A stretch of DNA of 38,315 bases from Octopus sinensis (Eukaryota). The position numbers and the translations under genes were made by a program. This document shows, one piece after another, positions 24,047 to 35,390 of this stretch. Location of the stretch: the NCBI RefSeq assembly GCF_006345805.1, contig NW_021831892.1, positions 1 to 38,315 on the forward strand, written 5' to 3'. The first letter of the stretch is position 1; each line of letters starts with the position of its first letter. The notes beneath the pieces are model-generated. The model made no database searches. It had not been told where the DNA came from and saw only the letters and a list, made by a program, of their open reading frames with translations.

Positions 24047-24170
24047 TAGGGAGAGACGGATTGGCTACTGACTGACAGACAGAAAAACAGACAGATTCAG
24101 TTGGATTAGGTACTTAAGTTGAAGCCCCAAGTCAGTGCGGTATTATCCGCACAGCTCGAAGTAAGGTGAA

Positions 24171-24329
24171 TAAAATCAAAATAAGCAACAGGATATCAAG
24201 AAGTGATGCATTTCAGCCGTTTCGAGCGGCTCCATTTAATTGAACAATTACATTGTTCAATGAAATAGAGCCGCTTGAAACGGTCGTACTGCATCACTTC
24301 TTGATATCCTGTTGCTTATTTTGATTTTA
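24171..24329. repeat. Fold-back palindrome, 78-bp arms, 3-nt loop
   Basis: Outer 40 bp perfect; 7 mismatches in the inner 38 bp. Confidence 0.95.
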
Positions 24330-24335
24330 GATATG

Positions 24336-24437
<102 letters not shown>

Positions 24438-24773
24438 TGGGTCTAGGCGAGTTTGTGTAAAACAATTCGTCTAAAATACAATTGATCGAGAAACACTTTT
24501 TCTAAAACACAACTAGACTAAAAAATATAAAAGTTGTTTCTTTTTTATGAATTCGTATATTTTATTCCTAATTTATAATTCTTTGGATTTATAACTAGCT
24601 GTTAACTATTTATAAAAATATTAGGATTAATTTAATTCAAAATGCATAAAAAAACAAAAAATAGTATTTACTGAAAGGACTTATTAAATCTTAAATGGAA
24701 AGGATGTGTGCTATACCACGAACGGAATCAATATTTTTTATTCGTTCTTGCAGTATCTCGATAGCCCTTCAAT

Positions 24774-25360
24774 GCTGCGAGCTGGCAGAATCGTTAGCAC
24801 ACCGGGCGAAATGCTTAGCGGTATTTCGTCTGCCGTTACGTTCTGAGTTCAAATTCCGTCGAGGTTGACTTTGCCTTTCATCCTTTCGGGGTCGATTAAA
24901 TAAGTACCAGTTACGCACTGGGGTCGATGTAATCAACTTAATCCGTTTGTCTGTCCTTGTTTGTCCTCTCTGTGTTTAGCCCCTTGTGGGTAGTAAAGAA
25001 ATAGGTATTTCGTCTACCTTTACGTTCTGAGTTCAAATTTCGCCGAGGTCGACTTTGCCTTTCATCCTTTTGGGGTCGATAAATTAAGTACCAGTTACGC
25101 ATTAGGGTAGATGTAATCGAGTTAATCCCTTTGTGTCATTGTTTGTCCCTTCTGTGTGTAGCCCCTTGTGGGTAGTAAAGAAATAGGTATTTCGTCTACC
25201 GTTACGTTCTGAGTTCAAATTCCGCCAAGGTCGACTTTGCCTTTCATCCTTTCGGGGTCGGTAAATTAAGTACCAGTTGCGTACTGGGATCAATCTAATC
25301 GACTTGCCCCCTCCTCCAAAATTTCGTGCCTTTTGCCTAGAGTAGAGAAGAAAAAAAAAG
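24774..25360 (+). mobile_element. tRNA-derived SINE with triplicated central unit (Deu/Nin-like domain), nested in the MULE
   Basis: Units start GGTATTTCGTCT at 24820, 25004 and 25186. Each has GAGTTCAAAT (B-box-like) and GACTTTGCCTTTCATCCTTT.GGGGTCG, which I recall resembling the Deu/Nin SINE domain (unverified). Confidence 0.8.
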
Positions 25361-26705
25361 TATCTAGATAGCGGCTTCTTTGGAGGTTCTGGTTCCATTC
25401 CAGCAATATATTGCTCAATTAGAATCTCGTTTAGACTTTCTTTTTGAAAAAGTTGATAAATTTCCAACTGTTGGGGGATGAGACCCAACTTGGGTTTCGA
25501 ATGCTCGATGCCATCCTTCGACAGAATTATTTGTTTTGGGAAAACCATCAAAAACTTTTAAATACATATTCCACATATTTAGTGGGAAGAGAGGAGGGCG
25601 CTGCGCATTCCTTCTGTTGGGCCTTCCAATCCACGTATCCTCGAAATAATCAATGATTTTTTTGTGCTTCATCAGGGGAGGTGCTGTTATCACATAATAA
25701 CTCAAATGCTCTTGATGCTGTACCTACTGGGGAAAATGCTAATGCTGGTAGCATCCTCATCACTAAAACAAAATTAGGGTCCGTTTCATATTTTTGTTTT
25801 AAATCATTACTTTGAATTACACGAAAGATACATTGGCTGAAGTGCAAAAAGCAACCGTTCTGTTCAAAAATGCTTTCATCATCGCTTTCTCAAAATCGAT
25901 CGTTATTGACAATGGCGCACATGATGGTTCAAGATACTTTATCTCGTGCAAAAAAAACGTTATATATGTTTCTTCTACTTTGTCAGGCAATAACGCAAAC
26001 ACGAGCGACAGCGAAGCTTTCTCTTTTAATCCATGTAGGGTATATAGCTAGTGAAATAACAAAGCGTATTGTGGTATTTGTGACAAGACGTGATTTACAG
26101 TGTTTATCACTAAGCAGTCACTGGTAAGCAGACGACACATTTAAAACTGTTTTAAATGTGTCGTCTGCTTACCAGTGACTGCTTAGTGATAAACACTGTA
26201 AATTACGTCTTGTTACAAATACCACAATACGCTTTTCAGAAATTGACCACCTTTAAAAGATTTAGTAAGTTCAGATGGGAAAACTATTTCACTGCAAGTT
26301 GATGGCAGGGCCGATCCAGTAAGGGTTTGTTGCCCCATAGATCTTATTGTTCTCTTAATACTTTGCATTTTTGGTAGTTTGGAGGCAACAGCTTGATCGC
26401 AATCATCGAGAACGCAAGATACAACTGAATGAGGGGCATCCTGCGTTGACTTAGCCCAGTTGACGTATTTTTGAAACAGCTTCTTTTGCTGCAGTTTCAG
26501 CAGCATCCAATATATAACTAGGGTCGTTGGAAGATTTCACAATTTCATCCTTTACAGTAATTATGTCAGCACGGCATTTTATTTTTGGTTATTTTTTGCA
26601 CTTCCAATAAATACGTTCGCCATTCTCACCATTCTTATAGTATATATGTCCATTATCAACCAACTCCTTATGACCTTTTTCTGATTCAGTAAATTCAGCA
26701 GATAT
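25361..26705 (-). pseudogene. FLYWCH-MULE transposase pseudogene
   Basis: Fragments in ORFs 26213-26506, 25817-26002, 25650-25847 and 25415-25705. Contains stops, frameshifts and an inverted insertion. Confidence 0.85.
26061..26235. repeat. Near-perfect palindrome, 87-bp arms, 1-nt loop
   Basis: Centre at 26148. Mismatches only at 26082/26214 and 26092/26204. Confidence 0.97.
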
Positions 26706-26992
26706 CTTTGGCTATGGGTCTTTTCACTGTGAATAATTCCAAATAAGAAAGTTTTTTAGGAAACAACTAGTTTTATTCCATATTATCGCAAACAACTGTC
26801 TATGCTCAATAGCATGAGTAAACAACTGTTCCTTTCCACTTCCTACGAATTCATCAAAAAAGAAACAATTTTTATTTTTTAGTCAGATTGTGTTTTAGAC
26901 AAATTGTTTCAGGATTAATACTGTTTTAAACAAATCGCATTTAGATCAATTGTATTTTAGACGAATTGTTTTAGACAAACTCGCTGGATACC

Positions 26993-27163
<171 letters not shown>

Positions 27164-27470
27164 TTATTGGCCACGCAGGGCTGAACACAGAAGGGACAAA
27201 ATACAAAGTAGAGCTTTTCTTTTTGGGAAGAAGAGAAGAAAAAAAAAGTGGGTTGAATTCCGATCAAAAAGGATCGTGAAAAAAGTGAGGACGATCAATA
27301 GGGATCGTGTATCACAGAAATGTCAATGTAAAAAGGGAAAACAGATTAGGTTTGTCCATGGATAGAAAAGCCTACGGAAAAGACCACGGGAACTTTGGGC
27401 AATAGTGTCATGCAAAAAGAAAATACTTTACAGTAAGTGGCTCTCTTTTTTTCTTCCGTTTTCTTTTTGT

Positions 27471-27471
<1 letters not shown>
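27164..27471 (-). mobile_element. Probable LINE 3' UTR fragment within the (GATA)n array
   Basis: Minus strand is pyrimidine-rich and ends GTGGCCAATAAA followed by (TCTA)n. GATA arrays on both sides. 3' end shared with the SINE units at 24820-25185. Clade not established. Confidence 0.5.

Positions 27472-27567
<96 letters not shown>
27472..27567. repeat. (GATA)n array
   Basis: Direct reading. Confidence 0.95.
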
Positions 27568-28013
27568 GGACACACACATGTATATGTACATATATGTGCA
27601 TATACATACATATAAACACGCATATATACACGCATGTGCAGAAATTTATATGTGTATATATATTGGGAGAGAAAAGAAAACATACGAGATTGCTTATGAA
27701 ATAGTTAATTACACCATCTTACGTATATTTCATTAACATACGCTGATAGTTGGTTGCATAACGTAAATTACACAATGCAAACTTTTAATGCCAAATCGTC
27801 AGAGAAACGTAATTATCAAACGTGATATTGTTGGAGCGCAAACGTGACTATTGATATCTTTTTAAACATTTTATAAGTAACCTATCGTCTTCTTTTCTTA
27901 TCTAATTATATTCTGTGTTACGCTCGAATCCGGATTTAATAACAAAGAATAAGATGACATAACGCGAACGGAAATTTGCAGCTCTTAACACTGGTTATCT
28001 GTCAGGCAGTTTA

Positions 28014-28178
<165 letters not shown>

Positions 28179-28233
28179 TTAAGGTGACAGCTTATGAGAG
28201 AGACAGGATAAGCGGTCAGGTCTTGGTGAAGAT

Positions 28234-28354
28234 AAATAATCCAATAAAGGGGCATATAAGCCCTCGACAGTAAAGAGAACGCTTTCGTATCCGCGTGGGA
28301 GGAAAGCGTTCTCTTTACTGTCGAGGGTTTATATGCCCCTTTATTGGATTATTT
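28234..28354. repeat. Hairpin, 53-bp arms, 15-nt loop, one G-T mismatch
   Basis: Arms at 28234-28286 and 28302-28354. Confidence 0.95.
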
Positions 28355-28484
28355 TCCTTAGTTATTGCACGGTGATCGCTATAAGCTTTAAGCTTATATA
28401 AATACTATTATTATTATTTACAGGATTGTAAATCACGGCGCCGTAATTAAAAGCCATTCGCACTGAAATATATATATACATACA

Positions 28485-29159
28485 TCTATATATATAAAAC
28501 TGAACTTGTGTGTCTGTGTGTGTATCTGTGTGTGTGTCTGTGTGTTTAACTTCCCGGCACATCTCCTAGCCAACAAATCATAGAACCACCAAAAATGGGT
28601 CACTTAAAGCTTAGGCGAATGAAAATTGAACTGCGCTATTGCTGTTCCGAAATTCATCTCGATAATGTGTTTGTTTAGGCCTTATCCCATGCATTGAATA
28701 GTGAACTTTACTCAGTCAGCTGTTTGACGTGAACTGTGTTCACCATGCGTGCAAGCATGCGTAAATTGCTTGAAAAGTTATATATATATATATATATATA
28801 AAGCTGAAGTTATCTGTGTGTGGCAGGTTTGATAGCCTTTAACTAACACTATCTCCTCCAAGACCCTGCGGCGCAAGTTGACCAAAGTTGAGAGTATGAT
28901 AGAAGAAAGCTTGCTCTTCATTCAAATCGGAGCATGTTAGGACCAAAAATTATTTACATCAAAAAGGTGCTTTTTTTCTATGGAAATCTCTATTTTTTAT
29001 TAGTTTTTGACAGCAGTGTTGCCATTTTTCGGTATATTTAAACCAGTAAAATGTTCACTTAAAGAGAATAACAAGCTACATAATGCAAAATTTTTAATTT
29101 TCAAAAATTCCAATATAAAGGGTCGAAACAAAACCGAGCAATGCCGGGCGATACTGCTA

Positions 29160-29160
<1 letters not shown>
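28485..29160 (+). mobile_element. Non-autonomous Helitron(s): two similar 5' ends sharing one 3' end
   Basis: A|TC start at 28485 (TCTATATATATAAAACTGAACTTGTGTG). Second similar start near 28790 (TATATAAAGCTGAAGTTATCTG). Subterminal hairpin CCGAGCAATGCCGG at 29134-29147 and CTAG|T at 29157-29161. Confidence 0.75.
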
Positions 29161-29207
<47 letters not shown>

Positions 29208-29210
<3 letters not shown>

Positions 29211-30211
29211 TAATGATAAAGAGAACGGAGATTTTCCACATCTATGATTTTATTAAACAGTTATTTACAACATTCTTTCGCGTGAACCGAAAGAATGTTG
29301 TAAATAATTGTTTGATAAAATTATAGGTGAGAAAAGTCTGTTCTCCTTGTAATTATTACTTATTACTTACTCTACGGAAATTACGCAGTCCCGAAAAAGA
29401 CACTCGGATTTGCCAAGTGAGAATAATTACCAGAGTCTAACAACGAATTGTTAACTCGGGTATTACCAAAGGTTCGCTGTGGTTAGCCGACATATGAACC
29501 CGATTCAAGAAGAAACACGGTAACTGCCAGGATTATATATTCCTTTAAACTTATGCTATATGATACTTGAATGTATGTTGAGAGATTGTCTTAGCCGGTT
29601 TGCCAGCCGGTTGATTTCTGTAGTTATTATCAGCGTTTTTTCGGCGATTTAAATAAGTTTTGACTGTTATTTCCAGCAGGTAGACGTATTTAGTATGTCC
29701 TTTGATTAATTTTAATCCCTCAGTCATTTAATGCTTTTCTGGGCCTGCAATCGCCTATACTATTGATTCTGTTATTAGCATTTTTAATTGTTACACTAGA
29801 TAATAACAGAGTCAATAATATCTTCGCAAATATTTTCTCATAAATTATTTGCACCGTATTGAAATTATTTTCACACTGGTGGCTGCCATAATTCAGTACA
29901 AAACGAATTAGTTACTGCGCAGACTTCAACGTGATTGGTTGGGGCATTCCATCATGGTAACGCGTGCTGAGGAAGGTGAGACTATAATGCCAGTCCAGAG
30001 ACCGGTCCACGTGAGTCCAAATACTTGAATGTATGTTGAGAGATTGTCTTTGCTCGTTTGCTCGCAGACGGTTGATTTCTGTAGTTATTATCAGTGTCTT
30101 TTTCGACTATTTAAATAAGAGTTTTGACTGTTATTTCCAGCAGGTAGACATATTGGTATGTTCTTTAATTAATTTTAACCCTGCAGCTATACATATATAT
30201 ACATTACATAC

Positions 30212-30272
<61 letters not shown>

Positions 30273-31304
30273 TATATATATATATATATATTATATATAT
30301 ATATAATAATGATAAAGAGAACGGAGATTTTCCACATCTATGATTTTATTAAACAGTTATTTACAACATTCTTTCGCGTGAACCGAAAGAATGTTGTAAA
30401 TAATTGTTTGATAAAATTATAGGTGAGAAAAGTCTGTTCTCCTTGTAATTATTACTTATTACTTACTCTACGGAAATTACGCAGTCCCGAAAAAGACACT
30501 CGGATTTGCCAAGTGAGAATAATTACCAGAGTCTAACAACGAATTGTTAACTCGGGTATTACCAAGGTTCGCTGTGGTTAGCCGACATATGAACCCGATT
30601 CAGAAGAAACACGGTAACTGCCAGGATTATATATTCCTTTAAACTTATGCTATATGATACTTGAATGTATGTTGAGAGATTGTCTTAGCCGGTTTGCCAG
30701 CCGGTTGATTTCTGTAGTTATTATCAGCGTTTTTTCGGCGATTTAAATAAGTTTTGACTGTTATTTCCAGCAGGTAGACGTATTTAGTATGTCCTTTGAT
30801 TAATTTTAATCCCTCAGTCATTTAATGCTTTTCTGGCCTGCAATCGCCTATACTATTGATTCTGTTATTAGCATTTTTAATTGTTACACTAGATAATAAC
30901 AGAGTCAATAATATCTTCGCAAATATTTTCTCATAAATTATTTGCACCGTATTGAATTATTTTCACACTGGTGGCTGCCATAATTCAGTACAAAACGAAT
31001 TAGTTACTGCGCAGACTTCAACGTGATTGGTTGGGGCATTCCATCATGGTAACGCGTGCTGAGGAAGGTGAGACTATAATGCCAGTCCAGAAACCGGTCC
31101 ACGTGAGTCCAAATACTTGAATGTATGTTGAGAGATTGTCTTTGCTCGTTTGCTCGCAGACGGTTGATTTCTGTAGTTATTATCAGTGTCTTTTTCGACT
31201 ATTTAAATAAGAGTTTTGACTGTTATTTCCAGCAGGTAGACATATTTGGTATGTTCTTTAATTAATTTTAACCCTGCAGCTATACATATATATACATTAC
31301 ATAC

Positions 31305-31357
<53 letters not shown>

Positions 31358-31375
31358 ATATAATATATATATATA
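29208..31375. repeat. Tandem duplication, period 1096 bp, bounded by (TA)n tracts
   Basis: Unit 1 from 29208 and unit 2 from 30304. Outside the microsatellite they differ by 5 single-base homopolymer indels and 1 substitution. Confidence 0.95.
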
Positions 31376-31439
31376 AAAGGATATATTTGAAATAATGTAG
31401 CTACTATTTCGAGCAAAGTCTTGCGGCCACATAGATTTA

Positions 31440-31675
31440 GTTATTGGTATTTAGCTCTAGATATGCTCTTATCAAGTGGACTATGACCAAAGATCTTCTT
31501 TCCATGACCATCACGAATAGAATATCTCTGGTTATAGTATATTTGAGCAGCGTCTTGATGGGACTACATTATCTAATGAATCTTTCCCTTTTATGACACT
31601 CGGATATCATTCGAAGGAGATTTGTTTGCTATTTCTAGCACATCAAACGACCAACTAGAGGTTCCGTTTAATGAT
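31440..31675 (-). mobile_element. Interspersed repeat family C fragment
   Basis: Minus strand GGTCGTTTGATGTGCTAGAAATAGCAAACAAATCTCC resembles 5815-5860. Confidence 0.45.
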
Positions 31676-31890
31676 AAATATTCTCAGCTTTTGTCGGTTC
31701 GATATTCAACTGATGTTTCCCGGTGAAGAAATTCTTGTCTCGTCCCACAACGATTTAAAATCATTGACCTGTACCGTCATCATAAGAAAGTGTTTCTCTA
31801 CCATTTATTACTTACAGACCCTATTTTGCTCAGCTGAACCCTCATAGCCATCGACGTTTATTATCTTATTATATTTATATAATTAAATAT

Positions 31891-32320
31891 TCTCTTTACT
31901 CTCTCTCTATACTCTTTTACTTGTTCCAGTCATTTGACTGCGGCCATGCTGAAGCACCGCCTTTAGTCAAGCAAATCAATCCCAGAACTTATTCTTTGGA
32001 AGCCTAGTATTTATTCTATCAGTCTCTTTTGCCGAACCGCTAAGTTTCGGGGACGTAAACACACCACCATCGGTTATCAAGGGATGTTGGGTGGAGGGAC
32101 AAACAAAGACACACAAACATATATACACATATACATATATATATGTATACATATATACGACGGGATTCTTTCAGTTTCCGTTTACCAAATCCACTCACAA
32201 GGCTTTGATCGTCCCGAGGCTATAGTAGAAGACACTTGCTCAAGGTGCCACGCAGTGGAAATGAACCCGGAACCATGTGGTTGGTAAGTAAGCTACTTAC
32301 CACACAGCCACTCCTGCGCC
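31891..32320 (-). mobile_element. tRNA-derived SINE family A
   Basis: Aligns to 23463-23875. Confidence 0.9.
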
Positions 32321-32559
32321 TTTAGGAATTGTATTAGGAATTGTATTAAAAAATTATTAAAATATTTCAAGTATTGTAGAAGAACAACCAATTTATTGCA
32401 GACAAGGAAGTCAATTTGTAGACAGAAATTACAAACCCCATTTCAGTGTATAAAGCTGTAGAAGAAAATAGGTTGAGTGAAAAAACTTGAGCCAGTTTAT
32501 GATATCTTTTTCTAACGTATGAACGCTCAGTGGCGTGGTTGAATTCTCACTAGTTAGTA

Positions 32560-33265
32560 ATGAAGGCTTATTGACTGTATCACAACGGTTTTCGATAGCG
32601 GGAGAAATGTAAATAATGTACTTAAATAGACGGAGTGCAAAAAAATTTTAATAAGTAATGTTGTAGGGAGAACGTACAAATAGCGTGAAGACAGATGTTT
32701 ATGCACAACAGAGGGTGTGTGTGAGTGGGTGAGGGAGGGAGGGAGGGAGGGAGGGAGGGAGGGAGAGAGGGAGGAAGAGAGGGAGGGAGGGCATGAATGA
32801 GTGAGTGAGTGAGTGAGTGAATGAGTGAATGAATGAGTGAGTGAGTGAGTGAGTGAGTGAGTGATGAGTGAGTGAGTGAGTGAGTGAGTGAGTGAGTGAG
32901 TGAGTGAGTGAGTGGGTGAGTGAGTGAAATAAACAGACATAGACTTAAAAAGAGGAAGTATTGCAGAGGGTATAAGTGAGAAAGAGAAGAGATAAATAAA
33001 CAGAGACAGAAAAGGGAGAGAATCGTTTGAAAGCTGCAGAAGTCAAAGGGGGAGAATCGGTTGAAAATTACAGTTTTTACAGAAAAATCCATATGAAAAA
33101 CCCGGTCGGTTTCTCGCATTACGAAGGAGCTGTGGGTAAAATGTTATAGTCCATGACCATCCTTGACACGTAAGTTATATATATGTAAAGTTTGGTGAAA
33201 ATCGGTTGAAAACTGTAGAAATGCATACGTACTACACACACACATATCTTTTGTCTTATATATAT
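32560..33265 (-). mobile_element. Probable Helitron-like non-autonomous element with internal (GAGT)n/(GGGA)n
   Basis: Minus-strand start ATATATATAAGACAAAAGATATGTGTGTG...CAACCGATTTTCACCAAACTT resembles the neighbouring Helitron 5' regions. 3' end not identified. Confidence 0.45.
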
Positions 33266-33268
33266 ATA

Positions 33269-33673
33269 CTAGCAGTATCGCCCGGCGTTGCTCGGGTTTG
33301 TAAGGGAAATAACTATATAAGCATTTTTAGAGAGTTATAGCCAAAAAATAGCAAAAAAATGCATTAAAATTGGATAAAAATTAAGGTAAATTTTTTTTAA
33401 ATCGTTGACACATCGTAGATATTTTTAGAGAGTTACTTCCCTTATATAATAGCGAAAAAATGCATTAAAATGGAAAAATATGATGGTAAATTTTTTTAAA
33501 TCGTAGACTCATCGTAGACTCATCGTAGACGCACGCTAATACCCAGAAGGGCTCGATATGAATCATGACTATAAGATACCCGGTTTTGGTTACACTGCAC
33601 CGCAAAATGTGGGAGTAGTTAGGAATCTAAATCGTAGGAGACAGACACACAACTTCACTTTTATATATAAAGA
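33269..33673 (-). mobile_element. Complete 405-bp non-autonomous Helitron
   Basis: Minus strand A|TCTTTATATATAAAAGTGAAG ... CCCGAGCAACGCCGGGCGATACTG CTAG|T. The 3' end is nearly identical to 29134-29160. Confidence 0.85.
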
Positions 33674-34169
33674 TATAAGCCACGTAGTTATATACACATA
33701 CTTTGTTATATACACATTCTTAAAAGAAAATGTTATTTTGAACACAACATTTATAAAGAATAAAATATTTTTTGGTTTTTCTTTTAAACGGATGCATACA
33801 TTTATTAATAACTATATATAAGTGTCGTCTGTTTATACATAAACACTGTTTCATACTGCAAGCTCGGCTCGCCAATTAATACTACCAAAATTTAACGACA
33901 GAAAGTAAAATAAAAACCAATTTACCTTTTCTGTATTGTTATAGCAATTCGACCGTCCATGTGCCTTTGCAAATGTGTTGGAATGAGAAGTGAGTTGTGT
34001 TTTGGCGCCTTTTTTACTAATAACAAACACACACGTGTTTGTATGTAGTTGTTTGAAACGTTTGTGTTTGTCACTGTCATATATGTATGTGTATGCGTGT
34101 GTGTGAGGAATGACACACACACACTCACGCACGCACACATGTACATCAATGCTTTCGGAGTGAAATGTT

Positions 34170-34677
34170 AAAATATTGAGTTTTCTCGAATTTTGTCTTA
34201 ATTGGGGGTAAAATTGAAAGAAATTTTGTATGGCATGACCCAATGGAAGTACTTTGAAAAATCATGGGTAAACTCTAATTGAAGAAATTGTGAGGAGTAA
34301 ATCGTTATGTATTTATTTGTTTCTGCTTGCTGTGTTTTTTTTAGTAGTGGTTTCACTTTAATCGTTGCAAACTTGCAAAGAGAAAGTCGTAGAAATTAGA
34401 GTGATAGCGTGAGTGAATCAGATCGCTCCCTTTTTGTGTGTGTGTGTGTGCGTGTGCTATAGCCCACACTAAGAAAAGCACTTGACTTACACACCACAAT
34501 GTGAGTTTTCTCTAAATTTTGCTTAATTGGGGTTGAAATTTTAAAAACTGGACCTGGCACGACCCGATGCATTCTACTCTTAAAAATGCTAGGTAAATTG
34601 TAATTGAAGAAATCCTATATTGTAGATTTCTATAAGAGACAAAGGGAGGCAGATAAAATCTGCCTTTTATAATGAGA
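34170..34677 (-). mobile_element. Helitron-like 5' end and two related ~120-bp internal repeats
   Basis: A|TCTCATTATAAAAGGCAG start at 34677. Segments 34186-34290 and 34515-34615 resemble each other (TTAATTGGGG...GGCAYGACCC...TAATTGAAGAAAT). 3' end unclear. Confidence 0.4.
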
Positions 34678-34714
34678 TATATATATATATATATTATATA
34701 TATATATATATATA

Positions 34715-34787
<73 letters not shown>

Positions 34788-34974
34788 CGAGAGAGAGAGA
34801 GAGAGAGATACCAACAAAACCATATATGGACCCTCTAGGGTCATATGAACCCCGGTTGAGAACCACTTCTTAAGGTATAGGATAACTGGGCATTTTGTCG
34901 GGGTCCCTACAGGACTAGGGGATTCAATGTTAATATACAACTGTTGTGACTTTTTGCCAATAAATATGTACTGT

Positions 34975-35301
34975 AAAAGGGTAAAGATCCCTTCGGTCAT
35001 GAATGACCATAGGATTGCACCTAGAAAATTAGCCTTCGAGGCACGAGTCCGAGTAAGGTTGTTTATGGAAGGCCAGCAGTCACCCATGCATACCAGCCTC
35101 CCTTCTCCACGCCACTGATGTTACCCAAGGGAAAGGCAAAGGGGCTGATACTGCCTGGCACCTGTGACCTCACAACTCATTTCTACAGCTGAGTGAACTG
35201 GAGCAACATGAAATAAGGTGTCTTGCTCAAGAACACGATACACAGGCCAGTCCTGGAATCGAACTCACTACCGACGCTCTAACCACTGAGCCATGCACCT
35301 T
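34975..35301 (-). mobile_element. tRNA-derived SINE family D
   Basis: Minus strand TGGCTCAGTGG ... GTTCGATTCC separated by only 18 nt. GTGTTCTTGAGCAAGACAC...CACTCAGCTGTAGAAATGAG is CORE-like. Confidence 0.75.
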
Positions 35302-35390
35302 TACATATGTACAGTAAACCTCATTGTATTCTTTTGTCCAGGTTCTGTAATGCTGTTTAAGACAGCCATGATGTCACTCCACTTCTTTAA

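Larger units (their letters stand above)
24439..26992 (-). mobile_element. Mutator-like (FLYWCH+MULE, Phantom-type) DNA transposon, defective, with long sub-repeated TIRs
   Basis: TIRs at 24439-24557 and 26844-26992 share GCGAGTTTGTSTAAAACAATTCGTCTAAAATACAATTGATC...ATGAATTCGTA. Minus-strand remnants: FLYWCH-like (GHIYYK...RIYWKCKK..KC), HW*ADDTFK, LYTLHG, FALLPDK, TIDFEKA, HFSQCI, TNNSVEGWH. Confidence 0.9.

Noticed and set aside
24820-25300. Regularly spaced repeats suggesting a CRISPR-like array
   Set aside because: Whole ~183-bp units repeat, there are no unique spacers, and the context is eukaryotic SINE.
34826-34869. hAT-like terminus (GTTGAGAACCACT)
   Set aside because: Only one end is seen, with no partner TIR or 8-bp TSD.
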